Made by a program: the position numbers and the translations under genes | From: Chiloscyllium plagiosum | Lineage: Eukaryota | Assembly (NCBI RefSeq): GCF_004010195.1 | Contig: NC_057718.1 | Location: 16,890,268-16,954,267, forward strand | Direction of reading: 5' to 3' | Length of the DNA stretch: 64,000 nt | In this document: positions 27,643 through 41,200 of the stretch, in pieces | Layout: each line of letters begins with the position of its first letter | How positions within the stretch are numbered: the first letter of the stretch is position 1 | Notes under the pieces: generated by a model | The model's database searches: none | Told to the model about the DNA's origin: nothing | Seen by the model: the letters and a program-made list of their open reading frames with translations, nothing else

Positions 27643-27901
27643 ATGAAAAAAATGATCACACTTTTTTTTTACAGTGCCACTGAAACACCGAGGAAATTTA
27701 GACTTTTGTTTGCAAATTGTCATTTTTTTATACTTCACTGAAATCCTGATAAGTATATATCACTTCTTATCCCCTGTGGGAAATTATGCAGTTTTGAAAG
27801 AAATGTTTTTGGTCGCTGTTCCAGGAAAGATTTAAATTGTGACTTTTTTTGTAAACTTCAGTCCTTATGTAGTGAATTTCACTGTCCTAATACTTTTTCA
27901 G

Positions 27902-28375
27902 AAGATGCCAAGGAAGTTAGTAAACCCAAAGATGATAGAAAAGACTTGGAACAAGTAATTTATCCATTCTGTAGAGAACCAAGCTATTTTGAAATCCCTA
28001 CTAAAGAATTTCATCAAGCTGCTGTATCAATGGAAAGTTCAATTCATGAAATCCCTACAAAAGATACAGAAGCCACTCGTGCAGTCGTTCAAGGGCATGC
28101 TTCGTTTACTATTGAATTTGATGATCATACTCCAGGCAAAGTGACAATCAAAGATCATGTCACCAAATTCACGCCCGACCAGCGTCATAAGCAGAAGAAG
28201 TCTCCTCCAGCCGCCAAAGAACTGTCTGGACTCCAGGCTGCAATGAAAGCAGCAGAAAGCAAAGTGGCTGATTGGCTGGCACAGAATGATCCTCCCAGAA
28301 TAAGACGCGAATCGATGGATGATGATTGCAAAAGCATAAAGAGTGATCTCTCTGTTCAGATGAGGCGATTAAAAG
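27902..28375 (+). CDS. CEP170: CEP170 exon: (E)DAKEV...[15 protein letters not shown]...[10 protein letters not shown]...MRRLK
   Basis: tactttttcag| acceptor, AAAG|gtaaaa donor, 474 nt, phase 1-1; overlaps ORF 27946..28446. Confidence 0.96.
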
Positions 28376-31349
28376 GTAAAACTCTTGTTAGTTATCAAAG
28401 ATATGTTAATATTGCAAAAGGCTGCAAGTCAATTTTGCTATTTTGATTTAGTCTCCAACATCATATCTGGCTAGGCCATATCAAATGTCATTGTTTCACT
28501 CCCCTTTTTAAACTGCTGACTCACAGTTACTCTCGAGCAAAGATAATCTGTCCATATCATCTATTATGTTAAACCCTTTTCTCCTGTTCCTTTCACTCTC
28601 ACCTGAACAACAAATGTGAAGCTAATGGACCTCTTTTTAATATTGAAAACAACCATTTCATTCTTTAAATTTCCCTTTCCTTTCAAAGCTACAAATATGA
28701 AATTGTATTGCCCTAATCAAATTCACAAATTATGCCCCCTAGTGCTTTTCCCGTATGTGCCCTCAGACTCTCTATAACATTTTTAAATTGGCTTAGTCTG
28801 TGGAGTTTTTTTGTGGACTTGAGTTTGAGGCATAGTGGAGATACCTGAATTGTATTTTTAGGTCAGTAAAAAGGCACATTGGAAATTTTTTTTTGACACC
28901 ACTTCTTGAAATCCACGTGGTTCCAAATAATTACCAGCTTGGTTGCTTGAACTCACTTCAAGGAAAATAGCTTTGAACTTTCATTTGTTTTTGATTTTTA
29001 TGTCTACTGTTTGAACATTGTTTTGCAACAGTTGGAGGCTATTTTTGGTTTTTCACTTGAGGGAAGCTTGCTTGGTTGTGCCGTTTGTTTCTGAACACCT
29101 TAGTGATGAATCATCTGTAAAAGCTGATTGTCCACTTTAAGAGCAACTGGAGGACTCGATACCATGTTTCCTGAGCAAAGTTTTCTGCTTCACAGTACAA
29201 TGTGTTATCTAAAATCAATCTGATCCATAAACACTCAATAACTACACGTTCAAGATTATTTTAAAAATCCTTTCCTTATTCCTATGTAGAATCAAGTTGA
29301 ACAATCACTTTTCAAAATTGGACCAGTTTCAGCTTGCAAGAAATGCACTGTTCTTTCCTAATGTCAGGAAGTTGATCGGCCATAGTTGAGATGAAAAATA
29401 TTGCAATTGATGCAAACTTGTTCAATGAAAATGTTTAAATGCTAATCTGATGGGGCAAATTTAAGCTCAAAATTCTCCAAAATTACTCAAAAGGATGCAA
29501 GTGTGTTGATGCTCGTCATATTTGATTTTTTTTTCTCAGATTTTAACCACTTTAAAAGTAGTTCAGTAGTGCTGGAAGGATGGTGGAGAGTAATTTAAAA
29601 GAGCAACTGTTATACTCTTCCTCTTGTATCCCAAGGCTTAATACTGTACCAGAGCCCAAGTCTGTTTCCTAACAGATAATTTTGTACTAAGAATTTTTTT
29701 GTTTAGGAAAATGAAAAGTGAGTGTACAATTTGTAGTTCCATTAGGAAGAAGGATTTATTAATATTTTTTCTATCTGATCATGTTCTTGTAGTTGCTACA
29801 TGAGAGCTGACTGTGTGAGCAAAGATGCAAAACAGTACTTAAGCATCTGTCTTTCAATTGCTTGTGGTCAGTTATTTCAATTGGCTGGCTGGCTGGTTTA
29901 TGATGCAGAGTGATGTGCCAACAGTGGAGTTCAAACCCACGCTGGCTGAAGTTATCAAAAGGGACTCTCCTCCTCAACCTCTCATCGTGTCTGAGGTGTG
30001 GTAACCCACCATCTCTAATGAGCGCAGACCTATGGTCTGGTAGGGCTATGATGACTTCACCTTCAATTGCAAAATATTGTTTGTCTAATTCCAACTTTGA
30101 GGAACTTCTTGATGACCTAGGGTCTTTAGTCTTAAACAGAAAGAAAAAAAATGTCTCTGGGGAAGGATTATGAAAGTATGCAAGATAGGCAGAGTAAATC
30201 CAAAAGTATATTTAGGGTAACTGAAAAATGTGCCCAGAGTTTGAAGGGTAAGTTTTAAGTTCCCAATTATTGCATATATTGGGATATTTATTTATTCACT
30301 TAGCAACTTGAAATGTGCATTAATTTAATTAAATAAAATTAAACTTAGAGATTTACATGTATGTATGTGGATGACCACATCATTTTAATATGCTGATATC
30401 TGACCAGCTTTGTGAAACAAAAATAGTGTTGTAATTGTCAGGTCTGAGAGTTTGTGGAGAGAGAAAGTGTTGTTAGTTGAAAGTTTACGAGCCTTTTTCA
30501 GAACTTTGTGTGCCAACTTTTGCTGAATAATTCGACTTAATATTTTGTCATTTTCTCAGTGAGGGATCATTGCACATTTGATAGAAAAATTAAGGGACCA
30601 GATGACAGCTTTTCCCCTTTATTGTATAACTTGAACAACTGGCTTCTTTACTGACAGCAGTCAGTGCCAGTACGCTACTTGCTGTATTTTTTTTAAATGG
30701 TGAGACAGTCTGTGATTTGAATGCATTTTAATTTGCTATTTATATTTGTGTGGTTATTGACTTCTGAGCTAACTTTCCTTTTAGAAAATATCCAGAAAAT
30801 ACTAACATAATGGGAAGAGGTGACCCTTTCCAAGCGTATAGTTGTCATGAGCAAACAAAGTATTTGGCAAACTTCATTTAAATTTATGTTGAAATTATCA
30901 CCTCTCCCTTGTAAATTTAATTTTTATCATGTGTCCCTCGCAAGAGATGGATTTTTTTAAAAAAAAATTAACCTTTTTCTTTTGAATACGTAAAAAGTAA
31001 TGAAGCACCCTTAGCTTGCTGAGCACGTGTACAAGGGAAGAATAGAGCAGCTGTACTACTTGGCTCATTTGTAAAAGAACTGCAACTCAGTTTTTCACTT
31101 GGACAATGACAAGAGCTTTGAGAACAACAGCAACTCAGTTCTGCCCCAGAGTCATTGTTCACATCTTAAAACGTTTATTGTTTGAATTGTGTTAGTATTG
31201 TTTGTCATCATTTCTGAAGCACTACCAAATTTGGCAGTGAGAAGTTTCTAAATGTCGTCTTGCATTCTTTTCTTCCACTCAACATAAAACACAAGCAACT
31301 ATTTTTGAGCTTTTAGAAGTTAAAATTTAATGTTTGATTTCTTGTTTAG

Positions 31350-32008
31350 GGAGTAAACATGATGATGGAACGCAAAGTGATACAGAAAATGGAAATGGCC
31401 AAAGGTGTGCTCATAAACACGCTGCCCTCGAAGATCAATTGAGGATGTATCGTGCAGAACAACAGAGGCTTCATCATCAGAAGATTGCAACTTCAGAAAA
31501 GGTCCGTGAGGTTCCTTCAATGAGTAGGACTGCCTTTATGATTGAATTCTTTGATGACGATCATCCACGCAAGCGACGATCCTATTCTTTTACACAAAGT
31601 TCACCAGCTGTACCCCAAGAAGGTCTTCATCCTTTTCCACCTGTGAAGCCAGACAGGTTAAAAGGTGGCATAGTTGATTCAAAGACAAATCCTTCAACAC
31701 ATCAGCCAAGTTCCCCTCATACTAAATCACCTCACAGTGTACATGAGCTTCATCAACCGAAACATTTACAGAAACAAAAATCTAATGAACCATCAGTTCC
31801 TTTAATATCTGCCCAAACTATGCAGTTACGAAGTTCTGGTAGTACTGGACACAGACAGAATCAAAGTCAGCATTTCGAACAACAGGCAAAACTTTCTCCA
31901 TTGGCCACAAAGGAAAATGAAGATGATCAGAGTGATAAAGGAACATACACCATCGAACTTGAAAATTCAAATGCAGAAGAGGAGGAAGCTCGTAGAATGA
32001 TTGACACG
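31350..32008 (+). CDS. CEP170: CEP170 exon: (G)SKHDDGTQSD...DQSDKGTYTIELEN...ARRMIDT
   Basis: ttcttgtttag| acceptor, ACG|gtaaga donor, 659 nt, phase 1-0; lies within ORF 31334..32041. Confidence 0.95.
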
Positions 32009-32329
32009 GTAAGAGTAAAGAATGCATGTTGTGTCCTATGAATTATTTTCTAAGTGAGAAATTTGTGTTTTTGTATTTATTCACTCACCAGATCTGAGCA
32101 ATGAGAAGTCTTGAATTTATTCACTATTTATTGAGCAATTACTGTAATACGTAGAATAATTGGATTTAAGTGAGAATGAGGTAGTGATTGCAGCATGTTT
32201 CCAACTTGATTGTTCTTCTAGTTGCACTTGAAATAATGTTTACAATTATTGTCTCAATCTGCAGGCAAAGACAATGTTTGTTGTACTGTTTTATGACTGT
32301 TAAGCCTGGTCTTGAAATCTGTAATTGCA

Positions 32330-35300
32330 AGGGACCAATATCCTGTCGGGGAGGTTTGCTAGAGCTGCTCAGACTTTAAGCTAGTTGCGGAGTTGGGTGG
32401 AGGAGGAACCAAAGCGATAGCACGAAAAGATGGAGGCACGTAGAGTACATGAGAGGATCAAGGCAGACAAGCTTGGCAGAGACTGAGGCAAGACTGACAA
32501 ATTAAACTGCATTTACTTCAATGCAAGAGACATGACCGGTAAGGCAGATCAACTTAGGGCATGGTTGGAAACTTAGGACTGGGGTATCATAGCTACTACC
32601 AAAACATGGCCTGGATGGACAGGACTGGTAGCTTAATGTTGGATGTAGATCCTATAGGAAGGATAGGAAGAGAAGCAAGAGAGGGGGAATGGTGCTTTTA
32701 GTTCGGGAGAGCATTATGGTTGTCCACAGGGAGGATACTCCTGGGAGATCATCCAGTGAAGTTATGTGGGTGCAACTCACCTTTAACCTATTCCCTCTAG
32801 TTTTGACTCCACTGTCCTGGGATAACGACCTTGTCTTTCATGCTGTTCATGTCCCTCGTGGTTTTTTTTTTATAACAAGCTGCAGTTTTAATTCTTAAAA
32901 TAATTACAACCAGAGTCAATTATAACATATCAGATTGATTTAGCAAATTTTATAATTCGCACCATTTAAATTTGATTCACTTGATCCCATGTAAAGCAAT
33001 ATCTATAACTCTGGTTCCATTTAATTTAGATTAATCTAAGTACAGCAAATGATAGGGATTTTTAAAAATACAAGCTGTGCTCACAGTTTGATATGCGATA
33101 GTATGCTGTCTGATTATTTTTATACAGCTGCTTATATCAATATACTGTTCCAGGTTTAATAATACTTCTATGCATGGTTACCTTATTTTTCTAATTATAT
33201 TTCTGCATTATATATTTTACCTTTCTCTTTAAAATATATTTTTATTTTTAAAAATGAATTTTTTTCTTATGAATCTCACAATAGAAAACCAAACAATTCA
33301 AACCAATGTTAAAAAACAAACCCACTGATTACATAGCAACTAGTCACTAAACTAAAAAAAGGCAAATCTTAACAATAATAACCATAAAACAGCTCACTGA
33401 AACAAAGCAATAGCCCTCGATCATCGAGCACATATGTTTTTACATATTCACGTCTTCATAGTTCCTCCTGTCTGGATACCAGATTCATTACATAGAATTG
33501 CCAAAGCTGTATAAAGGCTCTTATTAGTATGGCGGACAAATCTGTACACCGGTAGTCCAAAAAGGACTGTCACATCTTATAGGAATTCTCAGTTTTATGG
33601 TGCACCATACTCGTAAGGAAGTCCAAGGGGATATGCTTCATGACTAACTTACACCAGCCTGCCAGCCCCAGGGGAGTTTTCCAATACCCACCCTAATAGA
33701 ATGTTATTTCTTGCACAAAAAGTGAGGAGATTGAAAAGCCTTTTGTGTGTGCGCATCTAATGAAAGTGAATTAACAAAGCCAAGAAGATACCAGATCCAT
33801 CTCCACCTCAGTCCCCAAGGCCTTCACTATTTCGCCTACCGCTGCAGTATGCTGCAGTATGTCCGTAGTCAATGGCGTGGTTTTATAAACTTCTATGAGG
33901 TCACCCCTCAGCCTACTCAATCTCTCCCTGTAGTTCAAATCCTCCAACCCTGACAACATGCTTGTGAATCTTTTCTGAACCCTTTCAAGTTCACCTTCTT
34001 GGGATTGTATTATAGGTCCCCCAGTAGCCAGCAGGAAATTCAGAAACAAATATGTCAGGAGATCTCAGATATCAAAAAAAAAGGTTGTAATGATAGGGGA
34101 TTTTAACTTTACTCCCCAGCCAAACCCTTAACATTGACAGCCTCAGTCTGTTTGTAAATTTAATTGTGTGCAAGAAAACTTCCTCCTTCAATATATGAAG
34201 TGCCTCTTGAAGGAGGAGCAATACTTGAACTTCTGTTGCAAAATAAAGCAGAGCAAGTGACTCAAGTGTCAGTGGGAAAGCACAGTGGGGGTAAGTGACC
34301 ACTTAAAATAGTGATGGAAAAGGATAGACTTGATGTAAAAGTTAAAGTTCTAAATTGGAGTAAGTCCAGTTTTGAACATATTAGACAAGAACGTTCAAAA
34401 GTTGATTGGGGGAGGCTATTCGCAGGCAAAGGGATAGTTGGGGAGCTGCAAGAGTTTAAGAATGAGATATTGAGAATTCAGAGACAATACGTTCCTGTTA
34501 GTGTGAACAGCAAAGCTGGTAGGTGTAGGGAATGTTGGATGACTAGTGAAATTGAGCCTTTTATCAAGAAAAAGGCACGTGATCAGTAGGGACAGTTGAG
34601 ATTAAGTGTATCCTTAGGAGTATAAGGGCAGTAAGAGTATACTTAAGAGGGAAATCAGGAGGACTAAAATGGGGCATAACTCTATTTACCAAATATTTCA
34701 AGGGGAATTCAAAGAGATTCTTTAAGTGCAAAAGAGTAACTAGTGAGAGAATAGAGCCCCTTAAACATCAATGTAGCCAACTATGTGGGGAACCACAGGA
34801 AATAGGTAAGATACTAAACAAATATTTCGTGTCAGTCTCTACTGTGGAGAAGGGCATGGAAGCTAAGGAACTCTGAAATAAATAGTAATGTCTTGAAAAG
34901 GGTTAATATTGCAGAAGTGGAGGTGCTAGAGATCTTAAAATACATAAAGTAGATAAATCTTCAGGGCTCATGATCAGGTTCTTCCCAGAGCTTTGTGGGA
35001 AGCTAGGGAAGACGTTGCTGGGCCGCTTGCTGAGATATGCATATTATTGACAATCCACTGGTGAAGTGATTGAAAACTGGAGATAAATAATGGTATACTA
35101 AAGAAAAGACAGGGAATTCTAGACCAGTGAGCTAAACTTCAGTGGTAAGTTGTTGGAGGGCATTCTGAGGGACAGGAATTATATGCATTTAGAAAGACAA
35201 GGACTGATTAAGGATAGTCAACATTGCTTTGTGTGTGGGAAATTATGTCTCACTGACTTGATTTAGTCTTTTGAAGAGGTGACAAAGAAAATGAAGGCAG

Positions 35301-36185
35301 AGTGGTAGATGTTGTCTGTATGGACTTCAGCAAAGCGTTTGACAAATTCTGAATGGTAAACTGGTTAGTAAGATGATCACGCGATCTGGGGGAGTTGGCC
35401 AATTGCATAAAAAAATTGGTTGAAAGGTAGAAGAAGGGTTTGTCGTAGAAGGTTGTTTATTTGGACTGGAAGCCTATGACCAGCGGTCAGCAACAAGGAT
35501 CAGTGGTCCACTGCCTTTCATTATTTATATGAATGATTTGGATGTAAATATAGGAGGCATGGTTAGTAAGTTTTCAGATGTCATCAATATAGGTGGCATA
35601 GTGGACAATAAGAGGATTATCTGAGTGCAATGAGACCTTGATCAAATGGGCCAATGGGCCGAGGAGTGGCAAATGGAGTTAATTTTAGATGAATGAGAGG
35701 TGTTGCATTTTGGTGAGGCAAACCAGGGTAAGACATTATGCAGTCAATAGTAGGGCCCTGGGGAGTATTGCTGAGGGGGTACGGGTGCATAGTTCCTTGA
35801 AAGTGGAATCACAGGTAGACAGGGTGATGTTTGATAAGTTTGCCTTCATTGGTCAATGCATTAAGTGTAAGAGTTGCAACGTCATGTTGCTGCTGTATAA
35901 GACATTGGTGAGGCTACTTTTAGAATAATGTGTACAATTCTGGTCACTCTTCTATAGAAAAGATGTCGGGTGGTATATTCCAATACTAGATGGCATAGGT
36001 TTAAAGAGAGAGGGGAAAGAGGAAATGGTGGAGGCAGTTACAGTATTTAAAAGGCGTTTGGGTGGGTATATGAATAGGAAGGGTTCAGAGATGTGGGCCA
36101 AATGCTGGTATATGGGACTGGGTCAGATGGAGATGTCTGGTCAGCACAGTTGAACTGAACAGTCTGTTTCTGTGCTGTATGACTT
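32330..36185 (+). mobile_element. Degraded CR1 LINE, interrupted at about 32780-33995
   Basis: End of ORF1, APE (YFNAR, YYRSP, GDFN) and RT (QHCF, SKFSD) remnants; 3' tail gtctgtttctgtgctgtatgact. Confidence 0.85.
33240..33880 (-). mobile_element. L1-clade 3' fragment (end of ORF2 plus T-rich 3' UTR)
   Basis: Minus strand reads W.KLVMKHIPLDFLTSMVHHKTENSYKM..SFLDY, typical of fish L1 ORF2 ends. Confidence 0.55.
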
Positions 36186-38513
36186 TAAATATATTTTAAA
36201 AATGCAGGCTTGAACACTTGCTGCATTTTAAACTTGTCCCGCTTTCTCTTCCTTGTTTGAACTGTTATCTTGCCCCAACATTTTCCTTTATTCATAGTGA
36301 CCAATTTTTTGTAATACTTTGATTTCTGCATCTTCTTAATACACACCATTCCAAAAATTCTAACATTTAAATTTGTAGTCAGAAAACATCATTTGCTGCA
36401 TTTCTTTGAAGAGCTGTCCAACTGTCTCCATTCCTCAGCTTTTCCCGGGTCTTTGTAAATTCCAAATGTGATGATATGACATCTGGCTCACTTACCAGGA
36501 GCAGCAGGTTCTGTCTGAACTCCACGTACATTTGAAGTCTTCCTTTAACTTTCTCCAATCTATAAGGAGTACAGCCCCAGCTTGTCTAATTTTGCCACAT
36601 AATTAAAATCATGGTATCATCCCAGTAAAACTGCTCCATCAGCTGAGACCTTGACATCCTCAAAGTGTAGTGTTCAGCATTGTATGGAATTATCCAGCTG
36701 AAGTCTAAAGAAAGATTTAAGGTTTACGGTGACTGTATTGTTTGCATTCAGTTTACTGCCCCGTTTGCAAAGCTGGATCTTTCTGAACTGACTTCCTTTC
36801 CACTTCTAAGAGTTGTGAATGTATTCTTGAGTTACTGTGATCTTGTAGCACATAAAATAGTACAGTTTGGATTGTGCTTATTCTGTTTCCTTTCAGTGTA
36901 CATAACTTCACACTTGGTATAAAAAATTGCATGCCATATTTCTGCCCATTTTACTTGGCTATGTATTTCTGAAGTCTGCTGCTCTGTTTTGCTGTTACTA
37001 CACTTTATAAGTTTTGAACTGCAAATCTCAAATGTTCTGCTGCATCCAAATCCAGTTATTCTTGTATAAGAAAGTGTCTTTCATATCGAACCCTAAAGGA
37101 CTTCAATGCACTTCTCTTTTGACATGGAAGTATTGGTTCATGGATACTCTCTGCTTCATTATTCCTTAAGCAATTGCATGCTCAATTTAAAATTATCTCT
37201 TTACAATAAAATTGTCCGGCAGGTGCGCTTACTTTAATAGCATAATGCTGAGTAACAGTTTCTTGATTTGCAATGTTTTTATCGTACTCCAAATTAGAAA
37301 GTCGTTCTTCTCAATTTTTATCATGGCTGTTTATTTTATGGGTAGTAGTAAGAGGCAGTGACAGAAGGAAGAACATTTAATGACAATGTGAGATCGTGTC
37401 TGGAAAAGGGAGACATGAGAATCTATACAGGAACAAAACATTCTCTATAGCAAGCTGGTGAGAAAGGTGTATTTGAATTAGCTTGGCAAAAATGAACAGA
37501 TTGTTACAGTACTGAATACAAGATTTCCGTGATCCAAAGGCAGATTTATTCGTGGTAAGTTTGAAATAATTTTAGACTACAAAGTCACATAGTACTTGTT
37601 TCGAATTATCATGCAATGAAATACTTTCAAAGTTTTATCTTGATGAAGTCTTTGCAAATTTAATGTTTTTTATAGATTATGATTAATCATGAAAACACTG
37701 CACATCTCTTAAACTGGTTATAATGCTGAGGTTCCTAACAGTCCAAACCTTTCTCTTTGGAATGTTATCTGCCTTTTGCCTGTATATATACCTTATTGAA
37801 ATACTATATAAATACAAATTGTTGCATAGCTGTTGATGCTGTCTTTTTCCTCTCTGATTAGAAATTGTGGCACAAAGGTTGGGGGTGAATTTTAACATGG
37901 TCAATTTGTGTTTTTAAAAAAAAGTCAGCAAGTTTGCGCACTTGATGATAAAGTACTTTACACTGTCATTTTAAGGAATTGTTGAATATGTTCATCTTTG
38001 TAAATAGAATAGGAATTGATTTAGTTTTCATTGAAAGGTGAACTGCTGAAAACCTCTTCCTGCGTTTTTGAGGACAAAAGGAGCAACCTTACTAGCAATG
38101 GCTTACTACCATGGATGGTCAGCCAGAGTGCAAAAAAATAGCTTTTGCTATGTTTAGACACAGATACTTGGTACAGGTGTGCCTAAAGCAGGGAGTCAAT
38201 GACTTGCCTGGTGTTGTGAAGTTGGGTAACGTATTTGTGTATTGGAAGATAGGGTGTTAGAAATTGATGTTTGTAAAATGATAGTGGGGGAGGAAAGAGT
38301 GCACAGTCTCTTTAAAAGATGGGTTGTTTTGTGCATAGCAATTATAAAAATGGGTATCTATAGGCAGCAGCTTGCCTGTGTTTGAATTGAAACATTTATA
38401 TGAAAAGACTACTGTTAGCAGGCAAGGCAGCATTTTTACCAAGACAACAGGTTTTTAAATTTAGCCAATTAATTTAAATCAGACACTTGGAGACCAAGGC
38501 CCAATTAAATTTA

Positions 38514-38826
38514 GGGGGCACAGTGGCTCAGTGGTCAGCACTGCTGCCTCACAGCACCCAAGGTCCCAGGTTCGATTCTGGCCTCGGGTAACTGTCTGTG
38601 TGGAGTTTGCACATTCTCCCCTTGTCTACGTGGGTTTCCTCTGGGTACTCCGGTTTCCTTCCACAGTCCAAAGATGTGCAGGCCAGGTGAATTGGCCATG
38701 CTAGATTGTCCATAGTGTTAGGTGCATTAGTCAGAAGAAAATGGGACTGGGTGGGTTACTCTTCAGAGGGTCGGTGTGGACTTGTTGGGCCAAAGGGCCT
38801 GTTTCCACACTGTAGAGAATCTAATC
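38514..38826 (+). mobile_element. Full-length HE1-type SINE
   Basis: A box TGGCTCAGTGG, B box GGTTCGATTC, aatctaatc tail. Confidence 0.93.
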
Positions 38827-38879
38827 TTTAAAAAAAAAAATTAAGTCTAATAACTTTGACAAACTAGAACCAACCCATT

Positions 38880-39489
38880 TGTAAAGAAATTAATAGGTCA
38901 TCAAGGGTATGAAACAAAACAGCATTTGAAAATCAGCGGAGAATCTGAAGAGATTAGCGCGCTCAGCTCTGAGTAACCATCATCTGACTAAAGAGTACAG
39001 CAGCACTCTTAGCTAATATTCCTGAATCCAGAATTCAACAGAGTAGGGCATACCTGATGCAAGAATTCGAAGGAGGAAGTGTTCCTGAAAGAAGATCAAT
39101 GGAGGGGGCATGGAACTTCCAGAAAACACAGCTATGATTTTAAGAGACTAAGTTCTACTGTTTTGTTATACAAGTTGTAATTGTATTTATTCAAACAGCA
39201 TACCATTATAATTTTGCATTATTTGGGAATAGTTAGTAGTTAGAGGGGAATTATTCGGTTTGTTAGTGGTTCTGTTGATTTATTCAGTGTTAATCTAAAT
39301 TGTTATTTGTTGATCATAGAGTGAGTGAAAGGATTTTGTTTTACTTAACCACTCCTTTATGATGAATTTGGGGGTGAGAGTTGGGTTATACCACTTGTCG
39401 AACTTTTAACAGATTACGAGATGAGTCATGCCTCCCTGGGTATTTCGGTTGTAGTTTTCGGGGGTGGGCTCGACTTCCGCTTCATTACA
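38880..39489. mobile_element. Possible solo LTR
   Basis: TGTAAAGAA...TTCATTACA inverted termini (8/9 match); no clear TSD. Confidence 0.4.
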
Positions 39490-41077
39490 TTATATACCAA
39501 TTTCATAAACTCAGTTTAACAGTAACGCATATCAATATGTCAGTACTAATTAGTGGCATTCAAAACCAATCTGGCCTAAATTCTTATATCTTTGGTGATA
39601 TGTGGTTCCCCACATCTTGATTAAGGAAATTTACATAAAGAGAGAGATGGCTTTACAATTTTGTTACTGACCAGCATAAGAGGATATAATTCAATAAACC
39701 TACTCGCTTTCCCACAGTCTAGTGTGCTGGATACTGTAGGGTAGTGGATGAGAGATCAAATTAAGAAGTGAAATTGAATTTAAGAAATCTGGTAATTTGA
39801 GCTGGCACCAGAAATATAACCAGGAAAGACATTGGCCTGAATTTCCCATGTCAAGATGATGTAAGGTTTTTATTGTTTTTTAAAAATAAAAGTGGCGGTA
39901 TCTTGATGGATTCTTGTCTCCATCCTGAGTTGATGATTTTCGCTCAGGCCTATTCATTGTGTGCACTGGTTTGGATCTCAAGGCCATGGTCTGCATTCCT
40001 GACCAGGTTGGCTCCACTGGGGATTAGGCATGTCCTAGTCCTCGGTAATTTTTATGGATTTGGGCCAGATTTTTTAAGAGTCATGGTTCATGATAGCACA
40101 GTGGTATTGTGAGCCATAGTCCACTCGGAATTATTTTGCAAGGTATTGCCTGTTGTATTTCCCGGAACTGAGAGAGTTGAGGAAGCCAATCGATCTTAGG
40201 GTATTAAGAGGAAGAAATAAGGTTGTCTGAATCTTTTGGTAGTTTATGAAAAGAATTTGAGCTGGTACTTTCAAACTGTAATTAAATAATTCTGCATGTC
40301 AAGCATGGTAAAGTTTGTTGCAATTTATTTTGCAAGGTACAAGGTCAGTGCATTTTTAAATCTGTGATGGATTAATTTTGATAGATTCCCATCTTATCCT
40401 AATAAATTCCATCGAGCACAAACCTGCAGACCTCAACCATTCCTCATATGACAAGCCTTCATCCTCAGGATCATTCTTGTAAACCTCCTATGAGCCTTCT
40501 CCAATGTCAGTTCATCCTTTGTTATATACGGGGCCCAAAACTGCTCTTGATATTCCAAATGCTGTATTATCAGAGCCTTATACGGCTTCAGCAGTGTAAA
40601 TCTGATCTTGTATTCTAGCCCTCTTATTTGCCTTACTAACCACAAACTGAACCTGCATGTTAATCTTGAGAGAATCCTGAACTTGGACTCCAAAATCCCA
40701 TTGTGTCTCAGATTTCCAAAGACTTTCCCCATTTAGAAAAGAGTCTATACATCTATTCTTGCTATCAATGTGCATAACCTCAGATTTTCCCACGTTGTAT
40801 TCCATCTGCCACTTCTTTTCCCATTCTGCTAGCTTGTCCAAATCCTTCTGCAACCTCTCCAATTCCTCATCCCTACCTGTCCCAACATCTATCTTTGTCA
40901 TCTGTAAACCTCGCAACAATGCCCTCAATTCCTTCCTCCAGTGGATATATATAAAATATGACATGAATAGTTGTGATCCCAACACACATCCCAGTGAACT
41001 CAGTTAGTCACCAGCTGCAATCCTGAAAAAGATCCTTTTATCCCTACTCGCTCTGCTTTCTGCCAATCCTGTATTCA

Positions 41078-41200
41078 TCTGGGAGAAAGTGAGGACTGCA
41101 GATGCTGGAGATCAAAGTCGAGAGTATGGTGCTATAAAAGCACAGCTGGTCAGACAGCATCCAAGGAGCAGGGAGTATCGACGTTTCGAGCATAAACTCT
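41078..41200 (-). mobile_element. PLE-derived family A insert, truncated within the hammerhead
   Basis: gactgcagatgctggag..gcagcatcc..atcgacgtttcg; CTGANGA absent. Confidence 0.7.

Noticed and set aside
29900..30173. Possible alternative first exon or small ORF (29910..30173; 29771..30094)
   Set aside because: No recognisable homology and only a weak donor (TG|GTAACC); cannot be supported without RNA data
31334..31349. ORF-track starts and ends for the CEP170 ORFs (31334, 27946, read-through to 28446 and 32041)
   Set aside because: These are internal exons; the true boundaries are set by splice sites
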